A stretch of DNA of 64,000 bases, taken from Blepharisma stoltei ATCC 30299 (Eukaryota > Protista > Ciliophora). The stretch lies in contig CBFDEM010000033.1 of assembly GCA_965603825.1 (NCBI GenBank), positions 558,001-622,000 on the forward strand, in the 5' to 3' direction. This document shows positions 13,101-25,391 of this stretch, piece by piece. Every line of letters begins with the position of its first letter. The stretch's first letter is position 1. The position numbers and the translations under genes were made by a program. The notes under the pieces were generated by a model, which did no database searches, was not told the DNA's origin, and saw only the letters and a list, made by a program, of their open reading frames with translations.

Positions 13101-14699
13101 TAGTTCAGCTTTTCAGGTATCAGTGGTGAGTTTCTTAACTATACTTGTCTCAAACTCCGTCCTGAATGTTGCATCTAATATCTCTATCACAACATCAAAT
13201 ATCCGTTGCTCTTTTATCATTCTCTGCCTTGCATGCTGCACTTCTCCATATTTCTTATCAGTTCCAACCATACTTCTAAGCTTATTTTTGCAAAAAAGAT
13301 CAACGTCTGCTATACATTTTGCGACCAAAATTGCACAGTTTTCGAAATTTTTTACTTCGTCTGGGTTTTCAGTCTCATTCAGCTGAATGCCATTTTTCAA
13401 ATAGTTTGGAAAGTTCTTGAGAATAGGATAGCAGTTAAGCAGGAAAAGAGTTTCCCAAATGACTTCTTGGTTAGCTTTTTTTATTTTAAAATAGCTCATC
13501 TCATCATGTACAAAATCAGCTGCTGGCTTTATTCAGCCTCCTTTGACTTGCTTTATTGCAATTGACGATTCGTTATCACAATTAACAATTTTGCAAAACT
13601 GGCCGTTTATTAAATCAGATTTCACCCCTTCGTCAATGTGCTCGAAGGTTCAAAGATTATTGCCCTTTGTAATGTCTGCTAGTGACAAGTTATGATGGCC
13701 AGTCAGTACATTTGTGGGAGAATTTATGCCATGGTTATTTTGTATCGTCAAATATTTTTTGGTTGATATATGCTTGAGACGATATTTTGTCCCAATTTTC
13801 ACTTTTCCACCAATTTGTGAATTTTCTCCTTCTATCATCCAAAGGCAGTTTGTATCATTAAGGTTTTTATTATAAAGCACTTCTAAATGATTTTTGTGGA
13901 GGATCCCTCCTAGGCCAGCATATTCTTCTGCGTGGCTGAGCCAAATTATGTCTCCACACATAAGCGATTCTGAGACTTCATTAACAAAAGGAGAGTTTAG
14001 TTCAATTATTCAAGCTGTCATTTGGTCCAAAGAGCCATCCATTTCTTGAGAAAGAGAAGAAGGGTCGAATTCGTCCCCAGCCAAAAGCTTTATTAAATTT
14101 GAAGGGTTGATCCCCTTGATGCTTGAATGCAGACAAGCATTCCTACCTAGGTCCAAAATAGTGAATTCGAGCGCTACTTTATCCCCAGACCTGACGATTC
14201 CTTTTCCTTCCTTTTGGCATTTAAAGCATGCCTCTACCCTAAAGTGGGAAAACTCGCTTGGGTAGTCCTCAAGCGATATTTTAATATTTTGCCGTTCTAT
14301 ATTTGAACTTTGTCTGTTATGAACAGTAACAAACCTATGGCTCTGCACATGCTCCAGCTGGATTAAAGATCCATACTTAACTGGGACTCCTTTAAAATTT
14401 GAATAAATGTGCACATTTGTCTTTAATTCGTCATCTAATGAATCATTCAGCAGATCTACCCTTTCAGCAACGCTTGGCCCAGTTCCTTCAGATATCAGCC
14501 TTAAAACTTCTTGCTGGGTCGTAAAAATGCTTTGTGGGCAGATCCTGAAAACGGCTTCTGAGAAAGATATATTAGATGCTTCCTGCAAATAAATAGTTGT
14601 ATCAACGAAGCCTTGAGAATATGCATAACAGTTGTCAATCGTTTTTAGAGAAATCAAAGAGCCGTAAACAATGCTTTCTTTTAGTTGGGTTTCATCCAT
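7134..14699 (-). CDS. Inositol 1,4,5-trisphosphate receptor / ryanodine-receptor family Ca2+ release channel, ~2521 aa
   Basis: Eleven track ORFs share one frame, separated by TGA. N-terminal IVYGSLISLK..GFVD, MIR-like YRLKHISTKKYL, RIH-associated LRLLQLFCENHN..LQVYLRFQ and CFDTLTEFIQGPC..NQ, six-TM region, pore GGIG, GVIIDTF..LR, zinc site CFICG..H...EHN.W(TGA)NY, C-terminal WFP. TAA at 7134-7136. Confidence 0.92.
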
Positions 14700-14717
14700 G
14701 ATTATTAAGAAAAGAGA

Positions 14718-15203
14718 TTATTTCATTATTCTGTCATAAGTGGTAACAGACAAGTAGTCTTTATGCGGACCTTTTACTGTGTAAGATATAGTAAGTTTAT
14801 TTTCTGAATCATATGTAAACTTTGCGTCGTATTGGTCAAGCTTGCATTGGTGGGTTGAAGATGAGCAGAATGGCCAATTAGGTTCGGAATTGCTGGAGGT
14901 AGATTGGGAATTGAAGGATAATTGAATGAAAAGATTTCCCATAGTCATGTCAGGGTTACAGAAATAGACTTCAATGGCTTTTTTGGCTGAGTTCAAACAG
15001 TAGTAGTATTCTTTTTGTACATCTAGCTCTTGCTTCATTTTACTTGAGGCCAGTTTCCCAGTTTCATGGTATAGAAATCTTTCCATATCTTTATCTTTAT
15101 TTACTTCACTTCATGTGCATTGTCCATAAGCTGTTCATTGGTTTCCAATCACTCTATCTCATCTTCATTGCCCTTTTAAAAGCCTGAAGAGCTTATTTTC
15201 CAT
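14718..15203 (-). CDS. DUF6314-like small beta-barrel protein, 161 aa
   Basis: With four TGA=Trp the ORF extends to ATG 15203 (MENKLFRLLKGQWRWDRVIGNQW...). C-terminal H.C..D.Y...F......ISYTVKGPHKDY.S.T.Y.R matches my recollection of DUF6314. Confidence 0.65.
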
Positions 15204-15360
15204 TTTGAAGATCTTTAGGAATTATTTATTTAACGAAAAAAATCCTGAAAATGGGCTATTGATCTTAAGTATATAAGCATAAAGGCATTTCTTTATATTT
15301 ATAGCCATAATGCAATTGATAAAGGTTTATTAAAAAATAGTTAATTAGAATTTCTTTAGT

Positions 15361-17274
15361 TTACATAGAAGGTGCTCTATCCTGCTTTATAATTAGTCTA
15401 TTGTTTTCTATAGCAAGAAAAGAAGCAAGCTTATGAATCGTATTTAACATAGCATCATTTTCAGCAATTCCAAGTAATTCAGAAAGTTCGCTTAACCTTA
15501 GCATTTTTTCCATTTTTTGTTGCAATGTGAATGCTGAAATTGCATAACTTTTTGCAGAACCTTGAATAATCTCATAGATTCTTATATTATAATAGTTGCA
15601 TGTACCTAATTTACCCTTCCCGCGGTAAATAAGTCTTTTCATAGGATCACTTACTTTTTCATTGCCATAAAACTCAATATGGTCATTAACAATTTTTACG
15701 TTGTTCAATAATGCAGGCTGCAATGTGCTCCTTAAGTAATCAAAATCCCATATCCCTAGCAAATCCGTTATTTCTTTAGTGGAATAACAGCTGAAAGTTG
15801 GCTTTTTAGTTCCAGAAACCAATGGGTATGCATCCAAAATAATATTAAACTTATTTGTGTTGGCAGCAAGAGGACCATATATTTTACGCAAGTTTTGGTA
15901 GTCAATACCTTCATATTTAATTGTGACAAAATATAATTTTCCGTTCAAGTTCTTTCTCCCATACGCAATATAGCCATTGAAGCGGTTTTGTAATGATTTG
16001 ACATTTTTAAATTTTCTCCTCGTTAGAAATTTCCTTACAAATGACTGTATAATTGTTGATATTTTTGTTATTTTATAGAATCTATCTTCTTTTGCATTAT
16101 CCTCTTTTGCATTTTGGCTTCCGAAAATGCTATTTTTCTGATTGATATTCTTTTCTTCATTAATTTTGTTTTCTTTATGATTAATTTTTTCTGTTTCATT
16201 TGGCAGCCTATTATCCTTATTGTCTGGCGGTGCTTGAATATTAAAGCAGTTTTCATCAGCTATATTTTTTGGACTTATTGGGGATTGCTGATCATAAGGA
16301 GTGTTTTCATTAGTTTTAGTTTCTTTATTTACAGCATTGCTTGAAGGCTTTTGATCATTTCCTTTTTCATCTTCTTTGGGCAAATTTGAAATTCTAGCCT
16401 TCTGAACTGGCTCATTTTTAAAGTCTGGTATTTTTGGTTTAAATGAAAAATGCCCTGGGGATAGAATTCTAGCAGATTGTGGAGTAAGTGATCCGATTTG
16501 GGCTAGACCTTTTGGAGATTGAATTTGCAGTGTTTTTCTTTGAAGACCTTTACCTACCTTCATTAAATCAATGAGAACTTCTGATTCACTTAAACACTGA
16601 AATTTATCCCCAAGTAATTTTACAAGTCTTTGTATGTTTACATTTACCAGTTTACTTGCATAAGACAATAATTTTATAGCATTATCTTGATTATTTACAC
16701 CAATTTCACTTTTTATGAGGATCTCCAGTGCCCTTTCTTGCAAGTCTCCAATAACACTATTTTCTTCTTTCAGCTTAGTTGCAGACTTAAGTACTTTTTT
16801 AGCTAATTTGCCTGATGTTTTTCGTTTCTTTGTGATATCACTGCAAAATCTGCTATAAAATAAATACACCTCCAATATTGTTTTATCTAATGGGAGGCCT
16901 TTTGACAATTTTATTGATTCTCGAAAAAGATTTTCAGCTTCAATAAAATTTTGGCCTTCAAAGTATAGCTTTGCTAAAGTCCGTTTTACGCTAAAGATTT
17001 CGCATGGAGTTAATGGCAAATGAGGCTCGATAAGTTTGTGGCAAGATAAAAGCACAGATATGGCAGTTTCATTTTCTTTTATATTATTTGCTATTTCTAA
17101 ACAGGATAATAAAACTGCTCGTAAATACTCAGAAATTGCGATTTTGTGCTCTGGAAAATCTTTCACAAAGCTTAAGTATTGCTTAAGCATTTTTATTCCT
17201 TTATCATAGAATTTCTTTTGGAAAAATTCATCGATTTTTGCTTGCATCCTCTTAATAAAAGCGATCTCAACCAT
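15361..17274 (-). CDS. Hypothetical protein with helical (TPR-like) N-terminus and one IQ motif, 637 aa
   Basis: Uninterrupted ORF; IQ motif IQSFVRKFLTRRKF; TPR-like LAKLYFEGQNFIEAENLFRESI. Confidence 0.6.
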   Translation of the reverse strand: MVEIAFIKRMQAKIDEFFQKKFYDKGIKMLKQYLSFVKDFPEHKIAISEYLRAVLLSCLEIANNIKENETAISVLLSCHKLIEPHLPLTPCEIFSVKRTLAKLYFEGQNFIEAENLFRESIKLSKGLPLDKTILEVYLFYSRFCSDITKKRKTSGKLAKKVLKSATKLKEENSVIGDLQERALEILIKSEIGVNNQDNAIKLLSYASKLVNVNIQRLVKLLGDKFQCLSESEVLIDLMKVGKGLQRKTLQIQSPKGLAQIGSLTPQSARILSPGHFSFKPKIPDFKNEPVQKARISNLPKEDEKGNDQKPSSNAVNKETKTNENTPYDQQSPISPKNIADENCFNIQAPPDNKDNRLPNETEKINHKENKINEEKNINQKNSIFGSQNAKEDNAKEDRFYKITKISTIIQSFVRKFLTRRKFKNVKSLQNRFNGYIAYGRKNLNGKLYFVTIKYEGIDYQNLRKIYGPLAANTNKFNIILDAYPLVSGTKKPTFSCYSTKEITDLLGIWDFDYLRSTLQPALLNNVKIVNDHIEFYGNEKVSDPMKRLIYRGKGKLGTCNYYNIRIYEIIQGSAKSYAISAFTLQQKMEKMLRLSELSELLGIAENDAMLNTIHKLASFLAIENNRLIIKQDRAPSM

Positions 17275-17436
17275 ATTAAAAAATTTATATAAGAAAGTTC
17301 ACTGATTACTAAATATACTTATAACATTACATTGAGATCAAAAAGCTGAAAAAATAATAAAAATAATAAAACAGTTATAGAAATTAAGATATTAAAATTT
17401 GTTTTAAATGTAAATGTTTTAAATTGTAATATGTTA

Positions 17437-19359
17437 TTAAGATTTAAAGCCTTCTTGCTCCCATTCCTTTGTAGCCCGGCTATAAATAAATATTCCAAGT
17501 AAAAACCCTATAATGATAACCTCATTTTTACTTTCGTCAATAAAGTATGAATTTGACCCAAAAGTGTCTCCTTCTGGAAGTGCTTTCTCTTCCAATACTA
17601 TTTGGTTTGTGTCTAAGTTCCACTCAAAAGTTTCAGGAGAGCTTACTCCTCTTTCTCTTCCACCTCCAATAATCATTATAGTTCTCGGGGCTGAGTTCAC
17701 AAGCCCAACCCCAGACATCGGCACAGGAAGGTTAAGGCTCAAAACTTCCCAATGGCCTTCAAAGTACTTTTCAATAGAACTGATCAGCTCAAGCCTCTTT
17801 GTGCTCTTATTAGCCCCTCCTACCACATAAATTTCATTATCAACAGCTAAAGCAGTGGCATTTTCTCTTTCTATATTTAATGGCTCACACTCATCTCATT
17901 TCCCATCCTTGTAGATTTCGACTGATTTTATAGGCTCTTTTCTTTCAGGGTCTCTTCCTCCAATTACAAATAAATCTTTATTAAGCACAGTTATTGCGTG
18001 CCATGCCCTTCCTTGCTTCATGTCTTCTAGTTTTGCTGAGTCTCTTGTAACTAAATTAATTAGAAATACGTTTTTTGAATTTTTCAAGCCTCCAGTAACA
18101 ACTACACCTTCATCTATAACGGCTACTCTTGAAGAAGATTGGAACCTATGGCTATTCAAGCTTGACGTTTTTCTTATTTTTCTGTTATCAATTTCGCAGA
18201 TATAAGCTCTACCTGGGACTTGTGCAAGAGAGATTGCAAAATGACCTTCAATTTTTGGAACTGATTTTGCAGCAGGCTTCGCGTCAGTTTCTTCGTTTTG
18301 CTTGGAGACTTCGTTTAGATCATGCTCTAAATCGCCTTGTGAGAGATGGTGCTTCAGCTGCTTGAAATCCCAGCGCTTGTTTTCTTGGACTGCTAGCATG
18401 TGGGCAAGTAAGATTTTGACCTTGTCGCTGTATGAGAGTTTAGCGATTGCTCTTTCAACTTGTTTTTGCAAGTTGTCAATTCCGACTTCTAAATTGTTTA
18501 AATCTGTAGGCTTTGCTAGGCTTGCCATGTGCAGAAATGTTAAACCTAAGGAGAACACATCTGATTTTATTGGGTTATGCCTGACGTCTCCTCTTACATT
18601 ATTGCCTTTGATTATTTCTAAGTACTCTTTAAACAGCTTGGGGCTGAAATACATAACTGTTCCAGTAACTTGATAAGTTTTGGTAACTAGTGCTTGCATT
18701 CCTTGTCTTGACTCCCCAAAGTCTCCTAGCTTAAGCTTCCCATTATTTGCTAAAAATAAGTTTCTTGGCTTGACATCTCCATGAGTCATATTCATTTCTT
18801 GCAAGTACGCGAAGGCATCAATAATTTCTGTCCAATGAGTAAGCAGTTGGTTCTCTGGCCAATAATCGTTTCTGATTTTCCTATATTCAATATCCTGCTC
18901 AAGGTCACCTTTTTCAGAGAACTCCATTACAATCAAGAATTTAAACCCTGGCCCATAATTCTCATCAATAAAGTATCCAAGGCAAGAGCATATATTGGGA
19001 TGGACCATGGATTTTTGAAGTTTGGCTTCCTGTTGCTTTTTTCTTAATTCTCCCTCATTTCGGCAATACATTACCTTTATTGCAACTTTGTCTGGCCTGT
19101 GAACTACTCTTCCTTCAAAAACTTCAGTGGAGCCTTCTGGAGATCGATAAATATTTCTCGTGAAGACCAAAGAGCTGGTAGAAATCGGAGCATCAGGATT
19201 ATGGGTTTTAGGCTGGGAATTCAGTTCTTCAACTTCATGCTGTTCTCCGTAGTGTTTATTATCCTTGCAGTCTTCGCATATCTTTATATTTTTGCAATTG
19301 CATAGATATTCAGCTTTTTTAGTGCACCATGTAGATTGACAAGAATTTTTTCCTCCCAT
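17437..19359 (-). CDS. Ser/Thr protein kinase with N-terminal B-box-like zinc finger and C-terminal kelch repeats, 640 aa
   Basis: VAIK, HGDVKPRN, DFG, KSDVFSLG. N-terminal C..C...C.C....C..C...H...H. Kelch GG motifs. TGA at 17896-17898 is the kelch Trp (DGK-W-DECEPLNIERENA) joining both ORFs in frame. Confidence 0.85.
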
Positions 19360-19976
19360 GGTCCTTGAAGTCTTATTAAATATAAATGTGAATATATGGA
19401 GTTTTAGGGGATATTGATATTCAGATCTTCTTTTAAAAATAAGTCAATTATATGATTAAAAAAATTAGAAACTGCTTTGGCTTTCAATAAGATTGTTTGA
19501 TAAAAAACTTTTAGATTTAAAGCTAATATTATAAATGTCTTAAAAATATTAGATTTGTTGGGTTTCAAAATTAAAGCATCAAATACTAGTGTTTTATTGA
19601 TAAGAATATAAACAATCTTGAAGAGAGCAAAATCAAATAAATCCTGAGCAATTTCTAAAATGATTAATAACTAAAAAGCAGAGCAATCTGAATACTAAAA
19701 CTACTATTATGAACAAATAATTTAATTAATTAATATTTCACATAGTTATACTCCCAATACTTTTCAAATAATACTGTATACAAATGAATTTATATTTTAG
19801 TTTATTATATATTTTTATAAAGTTCTAAGGTAACTCTAATTTGTAAATTATTAAGCTAAGGCTAGCTTATTATTTATGGTCATAAATTAAAATATAAATA
19901 TTTATAAGAATTATACATGCTTATAAATTTAATGAATCTGAAAAACCATCAATATTATGATAATTAAAGAAAAAAT

Positions 19977-22505
19977 CTAAGATAGCTCTGTAATAGGCAT
20001 TCCTTTTTGATCCTGAAGATACCTTGCTACAAACTTGCAAGCAGCTACGTTCCTCCCTATCACATCTTTAATCTCCTTTATTCTGCTCATCATTTTGCTT
20101 TTGACCCTTTCTATTCTAATCAGCCATTCTTCATTGCTATACACACTTGAAACCAGCGTATTTTCATGAATTTTCATCAGCATCAAAATGCATTTTACTG
20201 TCAGCTCAGTTTCTACTCCCTTATCTAAATAGCTTTCTAAATGATAAAATAGCATCGTCGCATAAGCAAACGGAAGCATCTGGATTGCTGAATCAAAAGA
20301 TGAAGAAGGTATCCCTGTCAGAATTTTAAGAATATAGCCATGTTCATCAAGTCCTCCATAATGTGGAGGTGGTAGGGCGTTTCCTCCTTGGCTTAAATGC
20401 TCTCTATACTGCCTAGCAACTTCTAACGCCTCTATTAGTACTTCTCCAGCTTTCAGCGCTTCATTTGTAGTTCTTAGCACAGGTACAGCTTCTCCAACTG
20501 GCTTTTGAATTCCTAATTCTTCAGGCTTTGTGGACTCTTCAATTTCTTTTTCCTTTTCTTCTTCCAAGAAAATCTGCTCACTTGTCTGCACCCAAAGTCT
20601 CAATGAATAGTCATTACCAGCCGATACCAAAAAGTCGCCTGCAGAACTCAATATAATGGACCAAATTTCTGCTTTATGGCCTTTGAGCGTCAAAATGCAT
20701 TCATAAGTGTCAGCATTCCAATATTTAATTAGCCTATCTCTGCCTGCTGAAAAGAATAAATGTGTGTCTTTTACAAACTTTACATCAGAAATAGGCTGAT
20801 CATGGGCAAAAATTGACTTATGGCAGTCTCCATAGTCCAATCCCCACAGTTTAAGGTTCTTATCAGCTGAGCCACTCACAAGAATAAGGGAATCTGAAGA
20901 GATGTCAAAACAAGAGGCTGGGAGTTTATGCCCATAAAGTGACAAGTAAAGCTTTTTGCTGTCACTGTAAATTGTTTGAATAGTCGAATCCAATAGTGAA
21001 GAGCATATTAATTTTCCATCTGGGGAACATTTTACTGATAAAATCTCATCTTTGAGAGAAAAAACTTCAGTCAATTTTAGCTTGAACTCAGGCTGGAGTC
21101 TGATTTGCCAGAATTTCAAGTCATGGTCTGCGCCTCCACTTATTAATACAAGAGATGATGGGAATAAACAGATACTCCACACAGATCCTTCGTGGCCTTT
21201 CTTTTCAAATATTTTCTCATGTGATAAGATGTCAAAAGCTTGGAGTAAGCCTGACCTTGTACCAATTATAACGAATCTATCTCCAGGGAGGAATAAGCTG
21301 GTAAGAGCGTAATCGCATTCAAGTGTACTGATGCAGGTCTGGGTTTTTAGGTCCCAAATTTTCAAGGATTCGCCTGAGCCTGATAATAAATTCCAATTAT
21401 CTTGGGACAATGATAGCGTCCTGGCTGATGATCGATGCCCTTCTCGATCAAGAGTAGAAATAAGTTCAAATGAAGCAGCAGTTTTTACTTTTGTAACCAA
21501 ATTGCAGCTGAGATCATAAATTTGCATATAATTTGTAGCATAGCTTATTGCTATTTTGAATTTATGCTCATGTGTGCTGCTTTTGTACTTTGTAGGGAAA
21601 AATTGAGCACTTGCAATTTTGGAGTCTGGTTTGTGTAAGACTATTCTTTCGTAATAATCTGTAAAGACCATATTGACTTCTTCTTCATCTTTGCCTTTTT
21701 CTCTTAATCTTTTCCTTCTTCTTTTCATCATTTTATCAATTTCGTTCTCTTTTCTTGTTCTTCAGACTTCAAGTGAGCCTTTGCTGACGACCAAAAAAAT
21801 TGACTCATTAGGATGCTTTGATACACTTTTAGTTCTTCCTTTTGGAATTTGCTTTGAGATGGCTCCGAGCTCTTTATAGTTATCTATGCAGTCCCATACG
21901 TGAATGTACTTATCTCCACTTCCAGCATAGAGCTTATTTTCAATAATTTCAAGGCTCCATACTTCGCTTGAGCTAAGCAAGGTATCAGAGCACATTTCGC
22001 TGATTAAGTCCCATATCTTTATCATGCGATCTCTGCTGCCAGAGATCAATGAATTTTCACGGACAATTAATGATGTTATTGAGTCTTTGTGGCCTTGAAG
22101 ACGGACTGAAGCTGCATCTGCGACTAAGTCCCATACAATAATAGAGGTATCATAAGACCCAGAATAAAGAGTCAGCCCATCTGATGAGTAGGTAAGAGCA
22201 GATACTGCTGATTCGTGGCCTTCAAATTTGTGTAAAATTTCCCATGAACTTAAGCTCCAGACGAGGATTGTTCCATTTCTAAAGCCAGCGCTTAAAGAAT
22301 TGGTGGATAGAGCTAGAGATGTGATAATATCTGGGCCTTGGGAAAGGGATTTTATTAGTTCAAGTCGTTTTGCGCTTCATATGAGGACTGATTCATTGGA
22401 AGAAGTAAAGATCCAATCGTTGGAAGAAACAATCAAATGTGAGTTACTTGAAGTGATCTCTCCAAAGGATGACTTGAATTGGAAGGCAAAGTAAGATTTT
22501 GCCAT
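19977..22505 (-). CDS. UTP12: U3 snoRNP / SSU processome WD40 protein UTP12 (DIP2/WDR3), 842 aa
   Basis: Start MAKSYFAF at 22505; SLYGHKLP..CFDISSDS..LVSGSADKNLKLWGLDYGDCHKSIFAH signature; C-terminal Utp12 domain LPFAYA; in-frame TGAs at WD Trp positions; ends TAG. Confidence 0.92.
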
Positions 22506-22587
22506 TTATTAGTAAATTTCTATTGAAAATTTAAGGTCATTAAGGTATCTATGTTTACTTAGCATGAAAAGTCATCAGTAAGATGAT

Positions 22588-23790
22588 TTAAACCCATTTT
22601 CTCCACTTAAAAAACCATATCACAATGATCGATATTCCAATTATAATTGCCCAGCAGTAAAGTCAGGGCAAGCAATTATGATCGTCATCGTCTTGTCAAG
22701 GGACCTTTACATTCATTCCCATCATCCCAGGGATATAATTTGCTGGCAAACATACAGTTGCCATTGCAGTAAAATAATTAACAATTTTTTCGAGTTTTAA
22801 TGAAGTTGTGTTTTGAGCATCTTCTAAAGTTGCATTAAAAATATGCTCAGCTTTTGTTAATGTCGCTCGACTTGTGATGTTTTTTTGGTTAAGCACAATT
22901 GTTCTTGTTTTCATACTGTAAAGATAACATTTTAGACCATTTGATAGATGTGTTGAGTGTAAGAGGGAGTCAAAAATTTTAAATTTAGGCCTGATAAGAT
23001 CTTGGAGATATTGAGCGGTTTTTTCTCCTGAACTCAGCTTTTGAACGTACTCTACTCTATCATTGTTGTGAATTTCAGTAGCATGCTCTAAGTAGCATTT
23101 AGTCTCAGAGTCTATATGCATTGAAAGATACTCAAGTCTGCACAAAATGGATTCTAAGAGCCTATACAAAATCGAATCAATCGTAGTGCAGCCATATGTT
23201 TCATTTATTTCGACTTCTCGATAGGAAAAATTATTGATTTGTTGAGCTTTATTTTGGAATTCTTGAATAAATACATCTTGAATCTTCATTTCTTCATAGA
23301 GTACTTGCTTAACACAAAATAAAGGATCTTTGCAAAAAATCATAAGCACGGTTTTATAAACAATTATTTTCATAGAAACAGGATTTTCTACCTCTCCATT
23401 CAAACTGGCATCATTTATGGTCAACAAAAAATAGTCTGGGAAGTCTAGAATATGGTCTTTATTGTTAAAATTGTTGCTTGCACACTCATAATCAATGACG
23501 GGATGAAGATCAAACTCTCTGCGGATAAGTTTGACATGTGCATCCCCAAGTCCTTGCAAAATTAAAACATATGAAGATCTTTCTACCATTAGCATATCTT
23601 TGAGTTCCAAAAGATCATCTAAATTGAGCTCATGTGATTGTTTTTCATTTATATCGAACAGTATAATTTTCGAGTTGCCTCTGTCTGACAATTCTGATGG
23701 CTTTAAGTTTGTTTCTGTATTTATATTATAATCGAAACTGTTTAATGGATCACTCGGGAGTTGTTCATCCTGCTCTGTTTCCTTTTGCAT
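22588..23790 (-). CDS. CorA/Alr1-family Mg2+ transporter, 400 aa
   Basis: FDLHP motif; TM1 ending PGMMGMNVKVP-W(TGA); second TM helix appears only after reading TGA as Trp; TAA at 22588-22590. Confidence 0.85.
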
Positions 23791-23922
23791 TTATTTGTAA
23801 TTTAAAAAAAATTAATTTTATTCGAAAGATTATGTCTCCCCTTTAAAAATTAATTCGTGCATTTCTTTAAGTAATTCTTCTACTAAATAATGCTAATTAT
23901 TTGTCAAAAGTATTATTTAAAA

Positions 23923-25068
23923 TTATTTAAAATATCCAGACTGCTGAGTATTTTTTGAGCCCAATAAGCCTGATACAAATGAAGAAGATTTTGGGCTTGG
24001 ATTTGGTGGTTGGTTATATGTAGTACTTGACAAATATGAAGGCCTTTCATTTGCATTAGATGTATAAGATAAGCTTCCCTGATAGTTTGTTCGAGGTGCT
24101 TCGCTGCTTTTGTAGCCTTGATATTCACTTCTTGTATTTGTTTCCCGATATCTTGGCCCAGGAAGTGTTCCAAACACCCCTTGGTCTTGGCTACTAGGTG
24201 TCAGCTGAGAAGTCTGAGGCACATTTATGTGATGGTACTTGTTGAGAGCATCTTCTTTCATTTTTCTAAGGTCAATTGACTCCTGGATAGGGTTTTTAAT
24301 ATTTAGCGAGCTCATTCCAAAATCCTGTCTATATTGAGGATAAGGCTGATTTGGTGTCATGATTCTGTCAGGAGAAGCTGATGGAAAAGGCTGAGGGTTA
24401 TATGGAGGGTAGTTCGGTTGATTTGGAATGTATAACTGCCCTTGATTTGAATAGCCTTGAGGGTGTGAAAAAAGTTGAGGTTGAGCTGTATATGTAGAGG
24501 GAAGTTGGCTATAACTCTGAGAGTCGTATAAAGGCTGAGGCTGAGGAGTATTCATAGCTGGATTTTGATTCATTGCGTTATATGGCTGGCCTATATTGAT
24601 AGGAATCCTCTCTCTTCCTCTTAAAGCTCCATCTAAAGGCTCAGGAAAGTATCCACCTCTTTCGTACATTGGCTGCTTATATACCTGATCTTGCATATCA
24701 AGATTTGCCCTTGGCTGAAGATTTCCTTGCTGCCCAGAATAAATAAAGCTGGGAGGTCTTTCCAATGAAGATGATCGGGGATTACCATTAGAGGGATATA
24801 TAGGATTCATAGTGTATGGATTTGAGATTCCAGGGTTGTTTAAATTATAAGGATTTGAATTCCCTCCAAATGGAAAAACTCCTTCAGCTTGAGGATTAGT
24901 CTGTTTAAAACGATGAAGGAAGGTTTCATCGAATTTTCTCATCAAAGCATTAAAGGAATCTCTATCTGAAACTTTGCTGAGCTCGTCTAAATAAAAACTC
25001 AGTTCTTGTGGTTGAATTGGAGGGACTTGATTGACTTTTGGTGCTGGGACCTGCTGGTAGTAGTCCAT
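23923..25068 (-). CDS. Pro/Gln/Tyr/Asn-rich low-complexity hypothetical protein, 381 aa
   Basis: Uninterrupted ATG-TAA ORF; P/Q/Y/N-rich (prion-like composition); no domain recognised. Confidence 0.65.
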   Translation of the reverse strand: MDYYQQVPAPKVNQVPPIQPQELSFYLDELSKVSDRDSFNALMRKFDETFLHRFKQTNPQAEGVFPFGGNSNPYNLNNPGISNPYTMNPIYPSNGNPRSSSLERPPSFIYSGQQGNLQPRANLDMQDQVYKQPMYERGGYFPEPLDGALRGRERIPINIGQPYNAMNQNPAMNTPQPQPLYDSQSYSQLPSTYTAQPQLFSHPQGYSNQGQLYIPNQPNYPPYNPQPFPSASPDRIMTPNQPYPQYRQDFGMSSLNIKNPIQESIDLRKMKEDALNKYHHINVPQTSQLTPSSQDQGVFGTLPGPRYRETNTRSEYQGYKSSEAPRTNYQGSLSYTSNANERPSYLSSTTYNQPPNPSPKSSSFVSGLLGSKNTQQSGYFK

Positions 25069-25391
25069 AATTTAAAATGTCAAAAGAAAATTTAAGAGAG
25101 AAGACAGTTGGAATTTTTCCCCTAGCCTTGTCAGAGCAAATACTTTTATTCAGCCTTGATGAGTATTTAAATAAGAATTTAATATAAATATAAATCAATT
25201 GATGACATTAATCATTTGAGCTTGATTTCACAATAATCCATAATTTATAATACTCTTATGAATAAGGACCTATAAATTCATTATTCAAGATGTGCGCGTA
25301 ATTTCATATTAGTATCTACTAATCAAAAAATAATCCTTATGAATAGATCTAAATTAAATAATAGAGAGATCGATAATATCAGTTATAAAAA

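Noticed and set aside
7134-14699. Fragmented ORFs suggesting pseudogenes (IP3R, rabconnectin, P4-ATPase, REJ protein)
   Set aside because: All fragments of each gene share one frame and the breaks I checked are TGA, many at conserved Trp positions; they are intact genes under UGA=Trp.
19360-19976. Long AT-rich spacer as a retained IES or mobile element
   Set aside because: No terminal inverted repeats, target duplication or transposase remnant seen; cannot be supported without germline reads.
25256-25345. Repeated CTTATGAATA upstream of MVP as a regulatory element or vault RNA
   Set aside because: A 10-bp AT-rich match; no convincing Pol III A/B boxes or stem structure.
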